Made by a program: the position numbers and the translations under genes. A model generated the notes under the pieces. The model had not been told where the DNA came from and did not search any database. It saw nothing but the letters and a program-made list of their open reading frames with translations. From Alphaproteobacteria bacterium (lineage in GTDB: Bacteria; Pseudomonadota; Alphaproteobacteria; MPNO01; UBA830), in assembly GCA_965243135.1 (NCBI GenBank), contig OZ251539.1, positions 2,048,001 to 2,112,000 of the forward strand: DNA of 64,000 nucleotides, read 5' to 3'. Shown in pieces: positions 23,746 to 32,639 of this stretch; the first letter of the stretch is position 1; each line of letters starts with the position of its first letter.

Positions 23746-24572
23746 GATCGCGCTCCCCTGCGTTTGTCGGGCGTGAAGATCTCGAAGAACAGTTTCTCGT
23801 CGAGTTCGGTGATCTCGCGCTCGGCGGCGGCGGCGAGCAGGCTGTCCGCTATTTTGGTGAGAGAGCGGTAGTTGCCGGCAGCGTGATCGCAAAGGGCATC
23901 CCTGAGGTTCTGCGTCATGAGATTGGGATTGCCGGCCTTCTCGAGGAGGTGATCGAGGCAGGCGGCAAGTTCCTTTCGTTCGGCATACCCCATGGCCAGG
24001 CGCTGACGGATGCGAGATTCCAGGGGAAGCAGATCGCTGCGCTGCAGCTTGTCGGCAAGGCGCGTGTCGCCAGCCAGCACGACGCTGAGAATGGATCGGG
24101 AGTCGAACTCGGTGGCGGCGAGCAGACGCAATTCTCCGAGCACTGCGGGCTGAAGTTCCTGCGCCTCGTCGATCAGCAGGACAGGACGCAAACGGATCGC
24201 TTCGAGGTGATCCTGCCAACGCGTTCGGAGAACCTTGAAGCCGCCCCATCGGTTGTGGGGGCGCAGCGGGACGTCAAAGAGTTCGCCCATCTCGCGGTAG
24301 AAGTCGGCGAGGTTGGACGAGGGATGGGTCAGAGCGGCGACCACCAGGTCGCGGTTGCGCGTCAGCCGGTCCGCAAGCAAGCGCAGAACCACGCTCTTGC
24401 CGGTGCCCGGCTCCCCGACGATCAAGGCGAAGCCGCCGTCCCGGACCAGATGCTCGTCGACGCGCCAGCAGAAGCTTTCGACGCGCGGCGTGGTGAATAG
24501 CGCCTCGACCGGCAGTTCCGGCGAGAAGGGATTCCATTTGAGGCCGTGGAGGGAGAGCAGCCTATGTTTCAT
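23742..24572 (-). CDS. ExeA/TnsC-like AAA+ ATPase
   Basis: GLKWNPF, GEPGTGKS Walker A, LLIDEAQ Walker B, LESRIRQR; overlaps the transposase stop. Confidence 0.85.
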   Translation of the reverse strand: MKHRLLSLHGLKWNPFSPELPVEALFTTPRVESFCWRVDEHLVRDGGFALIVGEPGTGKSVVLRLLADRLTRNRDLVVAALTHPSSNLADFYREMGELFDVPLRPHNRWGGFKVLRTRWQDHLEAIRLRPVLLIDEAQELQPAVLGELRLLAATEFDSRSILSVVLAGDTRLADKLQRSDLLPLESRIRQRLAMGYAERKELAACLDHLLEKAGNPNLMTQNLRDALCDHAAGNYRSLTKIADSLLAAAAEREITELDEKLFFEIFTPDKRRGARS

Positions 24573-25995
24573 CGTCCGTATCCTCGTTGGTCGGAAGGAA
24601 GGCGGGGGGCAGGCCGGTCGCGGCCGCATCGTCTAGGAGCTGCTTGAGCAGCGGCGCTATCTCGCCCGTTGCCGGCGTGACATCTGTCTCGACTGGCCTC
24701 ACCTGTCGGCGTTCGCCGTCCGCGTTGGCGCTCTTGTCGAGCGGGTAGAGTGCGCACAGCCAGGTTCCGTGACCGGGGTCGACGAGGGCAATCGTCGACA
24801 GATCCCAGGATGCGTAGCGGAGGTGGAGGTTCCGCATGTGGCGATACTGCGACGGCACCTCGAAGCGCACGCCTCCAAGTGAAAGCGTGCCGTCCGTGTG
24901 CCGCTGCCGACGCGTCGCTCCGGTGCGGAATGCCCGGCGCAGCGTCTCGCCGGACGGACACTCGCGACCGACATGGGGGCTCTCAAGAAAACGTGCCGTT
25001 GGCGTGGCGCCGATTTCCCGGTGGATACGGTTGTTGTAGTCCTTCTGGACCCACGCTTGGGTCGCCTCGTTGAGTTGCGCCAGGGAAAGGGAGTCGACGC
25101 CTTGCAGCATCGCCAGCAGACGTCCTTCCGTAACCGACCAGAAACGCTCCACTTTGCCATTTTGGTTCGGGGAATACGGCAAAGTGGTGTCATGCAGGAT
25201 GCCAAGATCGTGCAGCCCGGTGCGCACCTCGCCGGCGGTCTCCGCCTTGCCGTTGTCCGTCATCAGCGCCCGCGGCAAACCATGCTTCATCAGGGCCTGC
25301 GACAGGCCGTGCACGAAGTTCTGCGCCGTCTCCCCGAGATACCACTGCAGATGGCAAGCAAAGCGCGAGTGATCGTCGAGAACGGCCAGCAATAAAGGCG
25401 TATGCCATCGTCCTCGCTTGTCGAGCACGCGGAGCGAGCCATGATGGAAGTCGGCGTGCCACAGGCCGTGGGCATGCTCGTAACTGCGTATCTCGTACTG
25501 CTCGCGTCGTTCCGCCGCCGCCGCTTCCCCCGCCTTCTTCGGCCGCCGCTTGCGCTGCAATCCGTGCGTTCGCATGTAGCGGGCCACAGTGGCATAGGAT
25601 GGCAGCGGACCGAGCGACGGATCGTCTTCGGCCAATGCCTTGAGGTTGTCGTAGTGCAGTTGCGCCGACCAGTTGGGATTTTGTCGGTATTGCAATTGCA
25701 GCGCCTCGATCAGCGGCGCGAACAGCGTGCGTGATCGACCTGCATCCGACCGTACCCGGCGGCGGAGAGCGCCGACCGGATCCTGTTCGGCTCGCCGCGC
25801 CTGATAGTACCAGCGTTCGATCGTCACGAAGGAGAAGCGCGCCGGCGCACCGGTCACCGGATGCCGCCACTCCTGTTTCGCCAAGCGCTCGATCTCGGCG
25901 CATAGTTCGCCGTGCGCCGGCGGCGCCGCCAGCAGGGTGCCGACGACGGCGAAGCGCAATCGCGCCCATCGCTCCCGATTTGTGTCCTGCTGCAT
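24562..25995 (-). CDS. DDE transposase/integrase (rve core, Mu-transposase C-terminal-like)
   Basis: WHADFHH (D), LMTDNG (D), NGKVERFW (E), YNNRIHREIGATP; N-terminal HTH. Confidence 0.9.
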   Translation of the reverse strand: MQQDTNRERWARLRFAVVGTLLAAPPAHGELCAEIERLAKQEWRHPVTGAPARFSFVTIERWYYQARRAEQDPVGALRRRVRSDAGRSRTLFAPLIEALQLQYRQNPNWSAQLHYDNLKALAEDDPSLGPLPSYATVARYMRTHGLQRKRRPKKAGEAAAAERREQYEIRSYEHAHGLWHADFHHGSLRVLDKRGRWHTPLLLAVLDDHSRFACHLQWYLGETAQNFVHGLSQALMKHGLPRALMTDNGKAETAGEVRTGLHDLGILHDTTLPYSPNQNGKVERFWSVTEGRLLAMLQGVDSLSLAQLNEATQAWVQKDYNNRIHREIGATPTARFLESPHVGRECPSGETLRRAFRTGATRRQRHTDGTLSLGGVRFEVPSQYRHMRNLHLRYASWDLSTIALVDPGHGTWLCALYPLDKSANADGERRQVRPVETDVTPATGEIAPLLKQLLDDAAATGLPPAFLPTNEDTDDET

Positions 25996-26041
25996 CGACC
26001 GCCTCCCGTTTGGTCAGGATGCGGACCCTAAACTCCCCTCA

Positions 26042-26602
26042 TCAATTGGAAGAGACGGCAAGTTCTGCGGGTTCGAATGCCCCGTCGCCGAACTTGCTCG
26101 TCAACGGCGACAGCCGCTGCAGAAGAGCTATCGGGTCTGTGAATATCTCGACCAGCGATAGCGGCAGCGTCTTCGGCGGTTCCGGAAGGCGGGTACGCAG
26201 CTTGCGCCACAGGGAGGTCTCGACGAAAGTCTCGCGCCACCAGCGCCGCCAGCGCTGAAGCGTGCGTTTGTCGATGCCCAGACGATCGACAACCAAACGG
26301 AACTCTGGACCCCGGCCCGTCATGGCTGTCAGGAACACGAAGACGAAGGCCACATACACCCGGCGCCCGAAGTACCGCACCGAGGGCGGCGTGACGCGGC
26401 GGCGGCAGCTTGCGCAACAGAAACTCAGGCGCCGCGCTCCGGCGACGAGCGGTCGCTCAACGCCACGCGGCTTTCGCGGATACGACGCGGCATGCAAATC
26501 GCCGCCGCAGTGTGGACAGGCCTTGATACGGGCTGCCAGATCCTCGTCTATGCGTTCGAGAAAAGCCCAGGTTGTGGAGTCGACGGGAAAATCGTGGGAC
26601 AA
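26042..26602 (-). CDS. Cys-rich (CxxC...CCxxC) plus HTH protein, first gene of the element; TTG start inferred
   Basis: CPHCGGDLH, YPRKPRG, FCCASCRRR, LGIDKRTLQRWRRWW; GGAAG upstream of the TTG at 26602. Confidence 0.7.
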   Translation of the reverse strand: MSHDFPVDSTTWAFLERIDEDLAARIKACPHCGGDLHAASYPRKPRGVERPLVAGARRLSFCCASCRRRVTPPSVRYFGRRVYVAFVFVFLTAMTGRGPEFRLVVDRLGIDKRTLQRWRRWWRETFVETSLWRKLRTRLPEPPKTLPLSLVEIFTDPIALLQRLSPLTSKFGDGAFEPAELAVSSN

Positions 26603-26779
26603 TGGTCGTGTCTTCCATGTTGGGTGACGCACCCGGAAGACACCCCCTCGGCACTTGTCTGACAAGCTCGTCGAGGGGGATCCTCAAATAATTTGATTAA
26701 AATCCCCAGGAAACCTGTGCATATCCCTGCACAGCCACACCGGGAGCCACAACTTCTCCCGGCTCCTGAGCGCCAAGCT

Positions 26780-27700
26780 TGAAAGCAAGGATCCCCGGCG
26801 GCCTGGTCCGGGAGTTGCGGGAGCAACTGACGGCGGAGTTGCCGGACTTCGGGGAGCACCTCGGACGGCAAGGCGGTGAACAGCCACTCGACGGGGCAGG
26901 TCAGCCGCAAGACCGGCAAGACTTCCGACCCGGACGCCAGCTGGAGGAAGCACGAGACCGCCGGCATGGACGGGAAGACCGGCAATCTCCGGACGAAGGT
27001 GAAGTCGCGGTTCGGGCTGCACGTGGATACCAAGTACGAAATCCCGGTGGCCTTCAGCGTCACCCAGGCGTCCGAGCCCGGGGAGCTGGACGCGATGCTG
27101 GACAGGCTGTTCGGGGAAACGCCGCTGTTGGCCGGGCGCTGCAAGGACTTCAGCGCGGACCGGGGCAGCGGGCCGCTCAAGGCGAAGCTGTGGGACGAGT
27201 TCGGCCCCCTTGACGCGCCTGTTGTGGCGGGAAGAGAAGAAGGACACGACCCGACAAGCCCCCGTCCGCTCTTCGACGACAACATCTACGGGCGAAGTGC
27301 TGTGCAAATGTCCCGAAACCGACGTCCAGCGGCACATGGCGTTCCAGGGACCGCGGGGCGTGCGACACCCTCAAGTACCGTTGCTCGGCAGCGGCCTTCG
27401 GCTTGCGCAGGGCGCAAGGAATGCCGCCGGGCCGCCGAGTGCCAGGCCGGCGAGTACGGTCGTCCGCGTCGACCTGGAGAAGCATGACAGGGTTCACGCC
27501 GGTCCCTTGGGGCAGCCCCTCCTGGAAGCGCGGACCGCCGCTCCGCCATGGAGCGGATCTACAGCCGAACGCTTACGGAGAAGCACTACGTCCGCGGCCT
27601 GCGGGCGCCTGCGGCTCGGCCTCGTGACGGTGGTGGCGACGGCGCTCGGGTATCTGCGGGCGGAACGCCAGGGCGGTCGCTGGTCGCTCCGGTCGGGCTG
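26780..27700 (+). pseudogene. Heavily frameshifted IS transposase (IS4/IS5/IS1182-like DDE)
   Basis: Fragments in different frames: DPDASWRKHET, VDTKYEIPVAFSVTQAS, FSADRG, GEVLCKCPET, TPVPWGSPSWKR. Confidence 0.75.
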
Positions 27701-28050
27701 CGCGACACGACCGCCGCGGTCGTCTGACCGCCCCGCCCCCTCCCCGCAACTGGCTGCCTGCGTTCAGGCCACGGCCCGGCTCGTCCCGGGTTTGCGGTGC
27801 GGCGGCGCGGCAACCTGATATTCGCTTTTTGTTCTGGAACCTGAGCGTCCGCGAGGCCCTTGCGGGCTCGTCGGCAGGCGGGCGGAGCGGCTCGTGGGGC
27901 GTCGGCCGGGCGGCGGACCGACAAAAAAATGACACAGCGCAAGCGCCTCCACCTCGTTTCCTCTTGAATATTTCATAAGTACATTATAAGTTCGTCTTAT
28001 ATGCTGAATGTCGGCACGCACGCCCCGCCGACCGGGGAGGAGACGGAACG

Positions 28051-29095
28051 ATGAACGACGACGCCAAGTACAAGTCCCTGTTCAGCCATCCTCGGGTGTG
28101 CCGCGACCTGCTGCGCTGCATCGTTTCGAAAGAACTGGCCGACCGGCTCGACCTCGACACCCTGCAGGCGATGCCGACGGAGTTCGTGGACGCCCGGCTG
28201 GGACAGCAGCGCAGCGACATGGTCTGGCGCGTGAACTTCCGCGAGGGAGGAGGCGAACTCTACGTCGTCGTCCTGGCGGAGTTCCAGTCGACGGTCGACC
28301 AGGACATGCCGCTTCGCATGATCAAGTACACTTCGCAGATATACACGGAGCTGCGGAAGGAGAAGCGGTTGCCCGGCGAGAAGCTGCCGCCGGTGGTGCC
28401 GGTGGTGGTCTACAGCGGGGAGGCGCGGTGGTCGGCGCCGCGGGAGGGAGATGGTCGGACCGGTCGACGAGGAGCTTGAGCCGTATCAACTGCGACGCTA
28501 CTTTCTGCTTGACCTTCGCCGGGTGGGCGTCGAGGATGCGATGCTGGACAATGTGCTGTACGCGCAGGCGTTGATCGAACAAGGCCGGTGGGAGGATCTG
28601 CGGCCGGCGCTGTCGGCGTTGCAGGAGGCGACCGACCCGGAGACGGAGGCGAAGCTTCGCGGTCTGGTTGCGGCGTTGGTGCGTCAGGCGGCGGAGGGCA
28701 GCGGGCAGGTGAGCGGCGAGACACTGAAGAAGCTGAAGTCGTTCGAGGAGACAGGGGAGTTGGGAGAGATGGGATCGTTGTTGGCCAAACGGATGGATCA
28801 GGCTGTCGACGAGAGTCGGGCCAGGGGCTGGGCCGAGGGCAAGGAGCTGGGGCTGACCGAAGGCAGGGAGCTGGGCCTCTCCGAGGGCAAGGAGCTGGGG
28901 CTGGAACGACAGCGGGCGATCCTGTTGCGTCAGGCGGCGCGGAAGTTCGATGCGGGCACGGCGACGCGCCTCGAGGCGCTGCTGGCCGCGATCGACGATC
29001 CCGACCGTCTTGCCGTGCTCGGCGATTACGTGATCGACAGCGACGACGGCGAGGAGTTGCTGTTGCGCGCGACGGGCGCCGCAAGACTGCACTGA
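28051..29095 (+). pseudogene. Rpn/YhgA-like PD-(D/E)XK nuclease, frameshifted near 28445
   Basis: NDDAKYKSLFSHP, RSDMVWRV, EFQSTVDQDMPLRM, LPPVVPVVVYSGEARW, continued in another frame with EG-repeat tail and ARKFDA. Confidence 0.85.
28833..28904 (+). repeat. Three 24-bp tandem repeats encoding xEGKELGL
   Basis: CCGAGGGCAAGGAGCTGGGGCTG(A/G) units at 28833, 28857 (variant) and 28881. Confidence 0.85.
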
Positions 29096-29272
29096 GCCGC
29101 GCCTCGCCCCCGGAGCTTGCGGCGCGGTCGCGCCCGGCGGCGGAGCGAAGCTGCCGGTCCCCGCCCCGGCGCTCTTCCAGCTGAACATGCCCCGCGGCGG
29201 CCGGAGAGCGGACCCGGAAGCAGGCGCGAAAAAGGGCGCAGCGCAAACGCCTCCGGCTGAAGACCCGGCATG

Positions 29273-29301
29273 TTGACCGTCCGCAGGCGAAAGGTTATGT
29301 T
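29273..29301 (+). promoter_or_regulatory. Putative sigma70 promoter of tRNA-Cys
   Basis: TTGACC-17nt-TATGTT. Confidence 0.6.
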
Positions 29302-29319
29302 GTCGTCCGGCAGCGCACC

Positions 29320-29393
29320 GGCCCGGTGGGAGAGAGGCTATCCAGCGGATTGCAAATCCGTTTACGCCGGTTCGAGTCCGGCCCGGGCCTCCA
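29320..29393 (+). tRNA. tRNA-Cys (GCA)
   Basis: GGCCCGG...TTGCAAA loop...TTCGAGT...CCGGGCCTCCA. Confidence 0.96.
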
Positions 29394-29698
29394 GAGGCGC
29401 TGGCGCGCCGCCGAAAACGAAGCGAGCGGATCCGTCGCCGTTTTCGAACGAAACGGGCGCTTCGCTTGCGACTTCCGTGTCCTGCACGCGGCGCCCTTCT
29501 CGAAAACGACGATGCCGACGATCGTCGGGGCGCGGCGGGCGGACCGTCCGTTTCCCTCGACCGGGATGTCCGAACCAGGATTTCGAGATCTTCGCCGACC
29601 GCGATTTCGCCGAGCCGCGACGCCGTGTCGACGGGGCTTCCTTTTTTCCGGGCGTCCGTTCGTCGTATTCTCGGACGATACGCAGAGAGGGAAGCATC

Positions 29699-31327
29699 GT
29701 GATCAATCCGTTCGAAACCGGACTCGACAGGAATCCGGCCAATTTCCAGGCGCTGACGCCGCTGAGCTTCATCGAGCGCGCGGCGGCCGTCTATCCCCAT
29801 CGCGCGGCCGTCGTTCACGGCGAGATCAGGCGAAGCTGGAGCGAAACCTACGGACGTTGCCGACGCCTCGCCAGCGCGCTCGAGCGCCGCGGGATCAAGA
29901 AGGGCGACGCGGTTGCGGCGGTGCTGCCGAACGTGCCCGCGATGGTCGAGGCGCATTTCGGCGTCTCCATGATGGGCGGCGTGCTGAACGCGATCAACGT
30001 GCGGCTCGACGCCGCCGCGATCGCGTTCATACTGCGGCATGGCGAAGCGAAGGTCCTGCTGACGGACCGCGAGTTTTCGGACCCGGTTCGCGGCGCCCTT
30101 TCCCTGCTCGACGAAAAGCCCCTCGTCGTCGATGTCGACGACGCCCTTTTCGAGGGCGGCGAACGTCTCGGAGACGTCGAATACGAGGACTTCATCGCGG
30201 ACGGCGACCCGGGCTACGAATGGGCCTGGCCGGAAGACGAGTGGCAGGCCTGCTCCCTCAACTACACGTCGGGAACGACGGGCAATCCCAAGGGCGTCGT
30301 CTACCATCACCGGGGCGCCTTTCTGAACGCCGTCGGCAACATGATGGTCTGGTCGATGCCGCGCCATCCCGTCTATCTCTGGACCCTGCCGATGTTCCAT
30401 TGCAACGGTTGGTGCTTTCCCTGGACTGTGGCGGCGCTCGCCGGAACCAACGTATGCCTCAGGCGCGTGGAGGCCGAGGCGATATTCGACGCTTTCGCGC
30501 GGCACGGCGTGACCCACTTCTGCGGCGCGCCGATCGTGCTGAACATGATCGCGAACGCGCCGCGTCCGCGGTCCATCGAACGCAGGATCGAGGCCATGAC
30601 GGCCGGCGCGGCCCCGCCCGCGGCCGTCATCGAGGCGATGGAGAGCCAGGGATTCAACGTGACCCACGTATACGGCCTGACGGAAACCTACGGCCCGGCC
30701 GTCGTGAGCGCCTGGCATTCCGAGTGGGACGAAAGGCCCGTCGCGGATCGGGCGGCGCTCAAGGCGCGCCAGGGCGTGCGCTACGACGTGCTCGAGGCGC
30801 TAATGGTCGCCGACCCGAACTCCCTGAAGCCGGTGCCGAAGGACGGCGAAACGATGGGAGAAATCCTCTTTCGCGGCAACAACGTCATGAAGGGCTATCT
30901 GAAGAACCCGGAGGCGACCGGAGAAGCCTTCGCCGGCGGCTGGTTCCATTCGGGCGATCTCGGCGTCTGGCACGAGGACGGCTACGTCGAGATCAAGGAC
31001 AGATCCAAGGACATCATCATTTCCGGCGGCGAGAACATCTCGTCGATCGAGGTCGAAAGCTTCCTCTACCGCCACCCGAAGGTTCTCGAAGCGGCGGTCG
31101 CCGCGCGCCCCGACGGCAAGTGGGGCGAGAGCCCGTGCGCCTTCGTCACCCTGAAGGAGGGCGCGAGCGCCGACGAAGCGGAAATCATCGAGTTCTGCCG
31201 CGCCAACATGGCCGGCTTCAAGGTTCCCCGAACGGTGATATTCGGCCCGCTGCCGAAAACGTCGACGGGCAAGATTCAGAAGTTCGTCCTTCGCGAACGC
31301 GCCCGCGAGATGGGCGAGCGCGCCTGA
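29699..31327 (+). CDS. Acyl-CoA synthetase (AMP-binding family)
   Basis: GTG start; YTSGTTGNPKG, YGLTE, KDIIISGGENI, PKTSTGKIQK. Confidence 0.93.
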   Translation: MINPFETGLDRNPANFQALTPLSFIERAAAVYPHRAAVVHGEIRRSWSETYGRCRRLASALERRGIKKGDAVAAVLPNVPAMVEAHFGVSMMGGVLNAINVRLDAAAIAFILRHGEAKVLLTDREFSDPVRGALSLLDEKPLVVDVDDALFEGGERLGDVEYEDFIADGDPGYEWAWPEDEWQACSLNYTSGTTGNPKGVVYHHRGAFLNAVGNMMVWSMPRHPVYLWTLPMFHCNGWCFPWTVAALAGTNVCLRRVEAEAIFDAFARHGVTHFCGAPIVLNMIANAPRPRSIERRIEAMTAGAAPPAAVIEAMESQGFNVTHVYGLTETYGPAVVSAWHSEWDERPVADRAALKARQGVRYDVLEALMVADPNSLKPVPKDGETMGEILFRGNNVMKGYLKNPEATGEAFAGGWFHSGDLGVWHEDGYVEIKDRSKDIIISGGENISSIEVESFLYRHPKVLEAAVAARPDGKWGESPCAFVTLKEGASADEAEIIEFCRANMAGFKVPRTVIFGPLPKTSTGKIQKFVLRERAREMGERA

Positions 31328-31337
31328 GGCCGCCGGC

Positions 31338-32639
31338 ATGTGGGAAACTCCCGAACTGCCGTTCCCTGCGCCTTCCGGGGAGCATCTCGACCGAATCCGG
31401 CGCGAAAGGCGGCGCGTCGCCTTCGAACGCGCGAGACGCTCGCCGTTCTTCAGGGGCCGGCTCGACCATGTCGACCTGGACCGGGTGCACGAGCCGGAAG
31501 AATGGTCGAAACTGCCCGTGATGACGAAGGACGAACTCCGCCGCATTCCGCCCGAAAGGTTTCACGAAGAATTCTGCATCGCGCCGCGCGAGGACGTTCT
31601 CGAATTCTGGCGGTCGGGCGGCTCGACCGGGCGAGCCCTGTTTTATCCGCGGACCCGCAACGACCTGCGTCTGGCGCGCGAAGGCTTCCGCCGCGCCTGG
31701 GAGGCTGCCGGGATCACGAGCGCCGACGTCGCGCACGTATCCTTTCCGCTCGGAATTCACCCGGTGGGCCAGCTCTATTGCCGCACCGCCCAGCACATGG
31801 GGATCGGCGTCAACTGGTGCGGCGCCGGAAATTCCACGCCATCGGAATTGCAAATCGAGCTGATCATGACGCTGAAGCCCACAGTCTGGTGCGGCATGGC
31901 GAGCTACGGCCTGCAGCTGGCGCAGACGGCGGAGCGACTGGGCTGCGACCTCGCCGGGAGTTCCGTGCGAACCGTCCTGACCGCCGCGGAACCGGTGTCC
32001 CCGGAGAAGCGAAAGCGTCTTGAGACGCTGTGGGGAGCGGAAATGTACGACCAGTTCGGTTGCACGGAAGGCTCGTTCATGGCGAGCGAGTCCGAACGCC
32101 ATGACGGCCTGCATTTCTGGACGGACATGTTCGACCTCGAGGTCGTCGACGAAGAAACCCGCGAGCCGGTTTCCGAAGGCGGCACCGGCCTTCTTGTCAT
32201 GACGCCCTACTGGAACAACGAGATGACCCCGTTCCTTCGCTGGGAAACCGGCGACTACGTGTCCGGCCCCTCGCGGGGCGCGACGGCCGGACCGCTATCG
32301 GTGTACCCGGTGATCCGCCACGCCGCCCGCACGGCCGGCTTCTTCAAGGTGCGCGGCGTGAACGTCGGCCACGCCGATTTCGAGGACTTCATGCATCGCA
32401 GGCTCGAGGTCGCGGATTTCAGGGTCGAGATCGTCGAGACGGACGGGCTCGACGCGATGCGGCTGGAGGTCGAGCTGCGGGAGGAAGCGACGCCCGAAGC
32501 GGCGTCCAGCGCGCTTGTGTCCGACATTCGGCGGACGTTCGAGCTGACGCCCGAGTTGGAGTTGCTCAACCCCGGAACGCTGGAAAGGGAGTTCCGGACC
32601 CAGGTCAAGCAGCAGCGCTTTGTCGACCGGCGCGGATGA
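31338..32639 (+). CDS. Phenylacetate-CoA ligase (PaaK)-family protein
   Basis: LPVMTKDELR, SGGSTG, FGCTE, LRWETGD, KVRGVNV. Confidence 0.85.
   Translation: MWETPELPFPAPSGEHLDRIRRERRRVAFERARRSPFFRGRLDHVDLDRVHEPEEWSKLPVMTKDELRRIPPERFHEEFCIAPREDVLEFWRSGGSTGRALFYPRTRNDLRLAREGFRRAWEAAGITSADVAHVSFPLGIHPVGQLYCRTAQHMGIGVNWCGAGNSTPSELQIELIMTLKPTVWCGMASYGLQLAQTAERLGCDLAGSSVRTVLTAAEPVSPEKRKRLETLWGAEMYDQFGCTEGSFMASESERHDGLHFWTDMFDLEVVDEETREPVSEGGTGLLVMTPYWNNEMTPFLRWETGDYVSGPSRGATAGPLSVYPVIRHAARTAGFFKVRGVNVGHADFEDFMHRRLEVADFRVEIVETDGLDAMRLEVELREEATPEAASSALVSDIRRTFELTPELELLNPGTLEREFRTQVKQQRFVDRRG

Larger units (their letters stand above)
22454..26664 (-). mobile_element. Four-gene Mu/TnsBC-like DDE transposable element
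   Basis: Begins TGAGATCG and ends TGTCTGACA; AGCT at 22450-22453 and 26665-26668; four co-oriented genes, the last three overlapping. Gene content is well supported, exact ends less so. Confidence 0.7.

Noticed and set aside
28833-28904. Tandem repeats as a possible CRISPR array
   Set aside because: The units are contiguous, in-frame coding repeats with no spacers. No cas genes or repeat-spacer array were seen anywhere in the window.
29270-29698. N-terminal extension of the acyl-CoA synthetase ORF across tRNA-Cys (and similarly tig across tRNA-Leu)
   Set aside because: This is an ORF-caller artefact; family similarity begins at the later starts (29699 and 16428).
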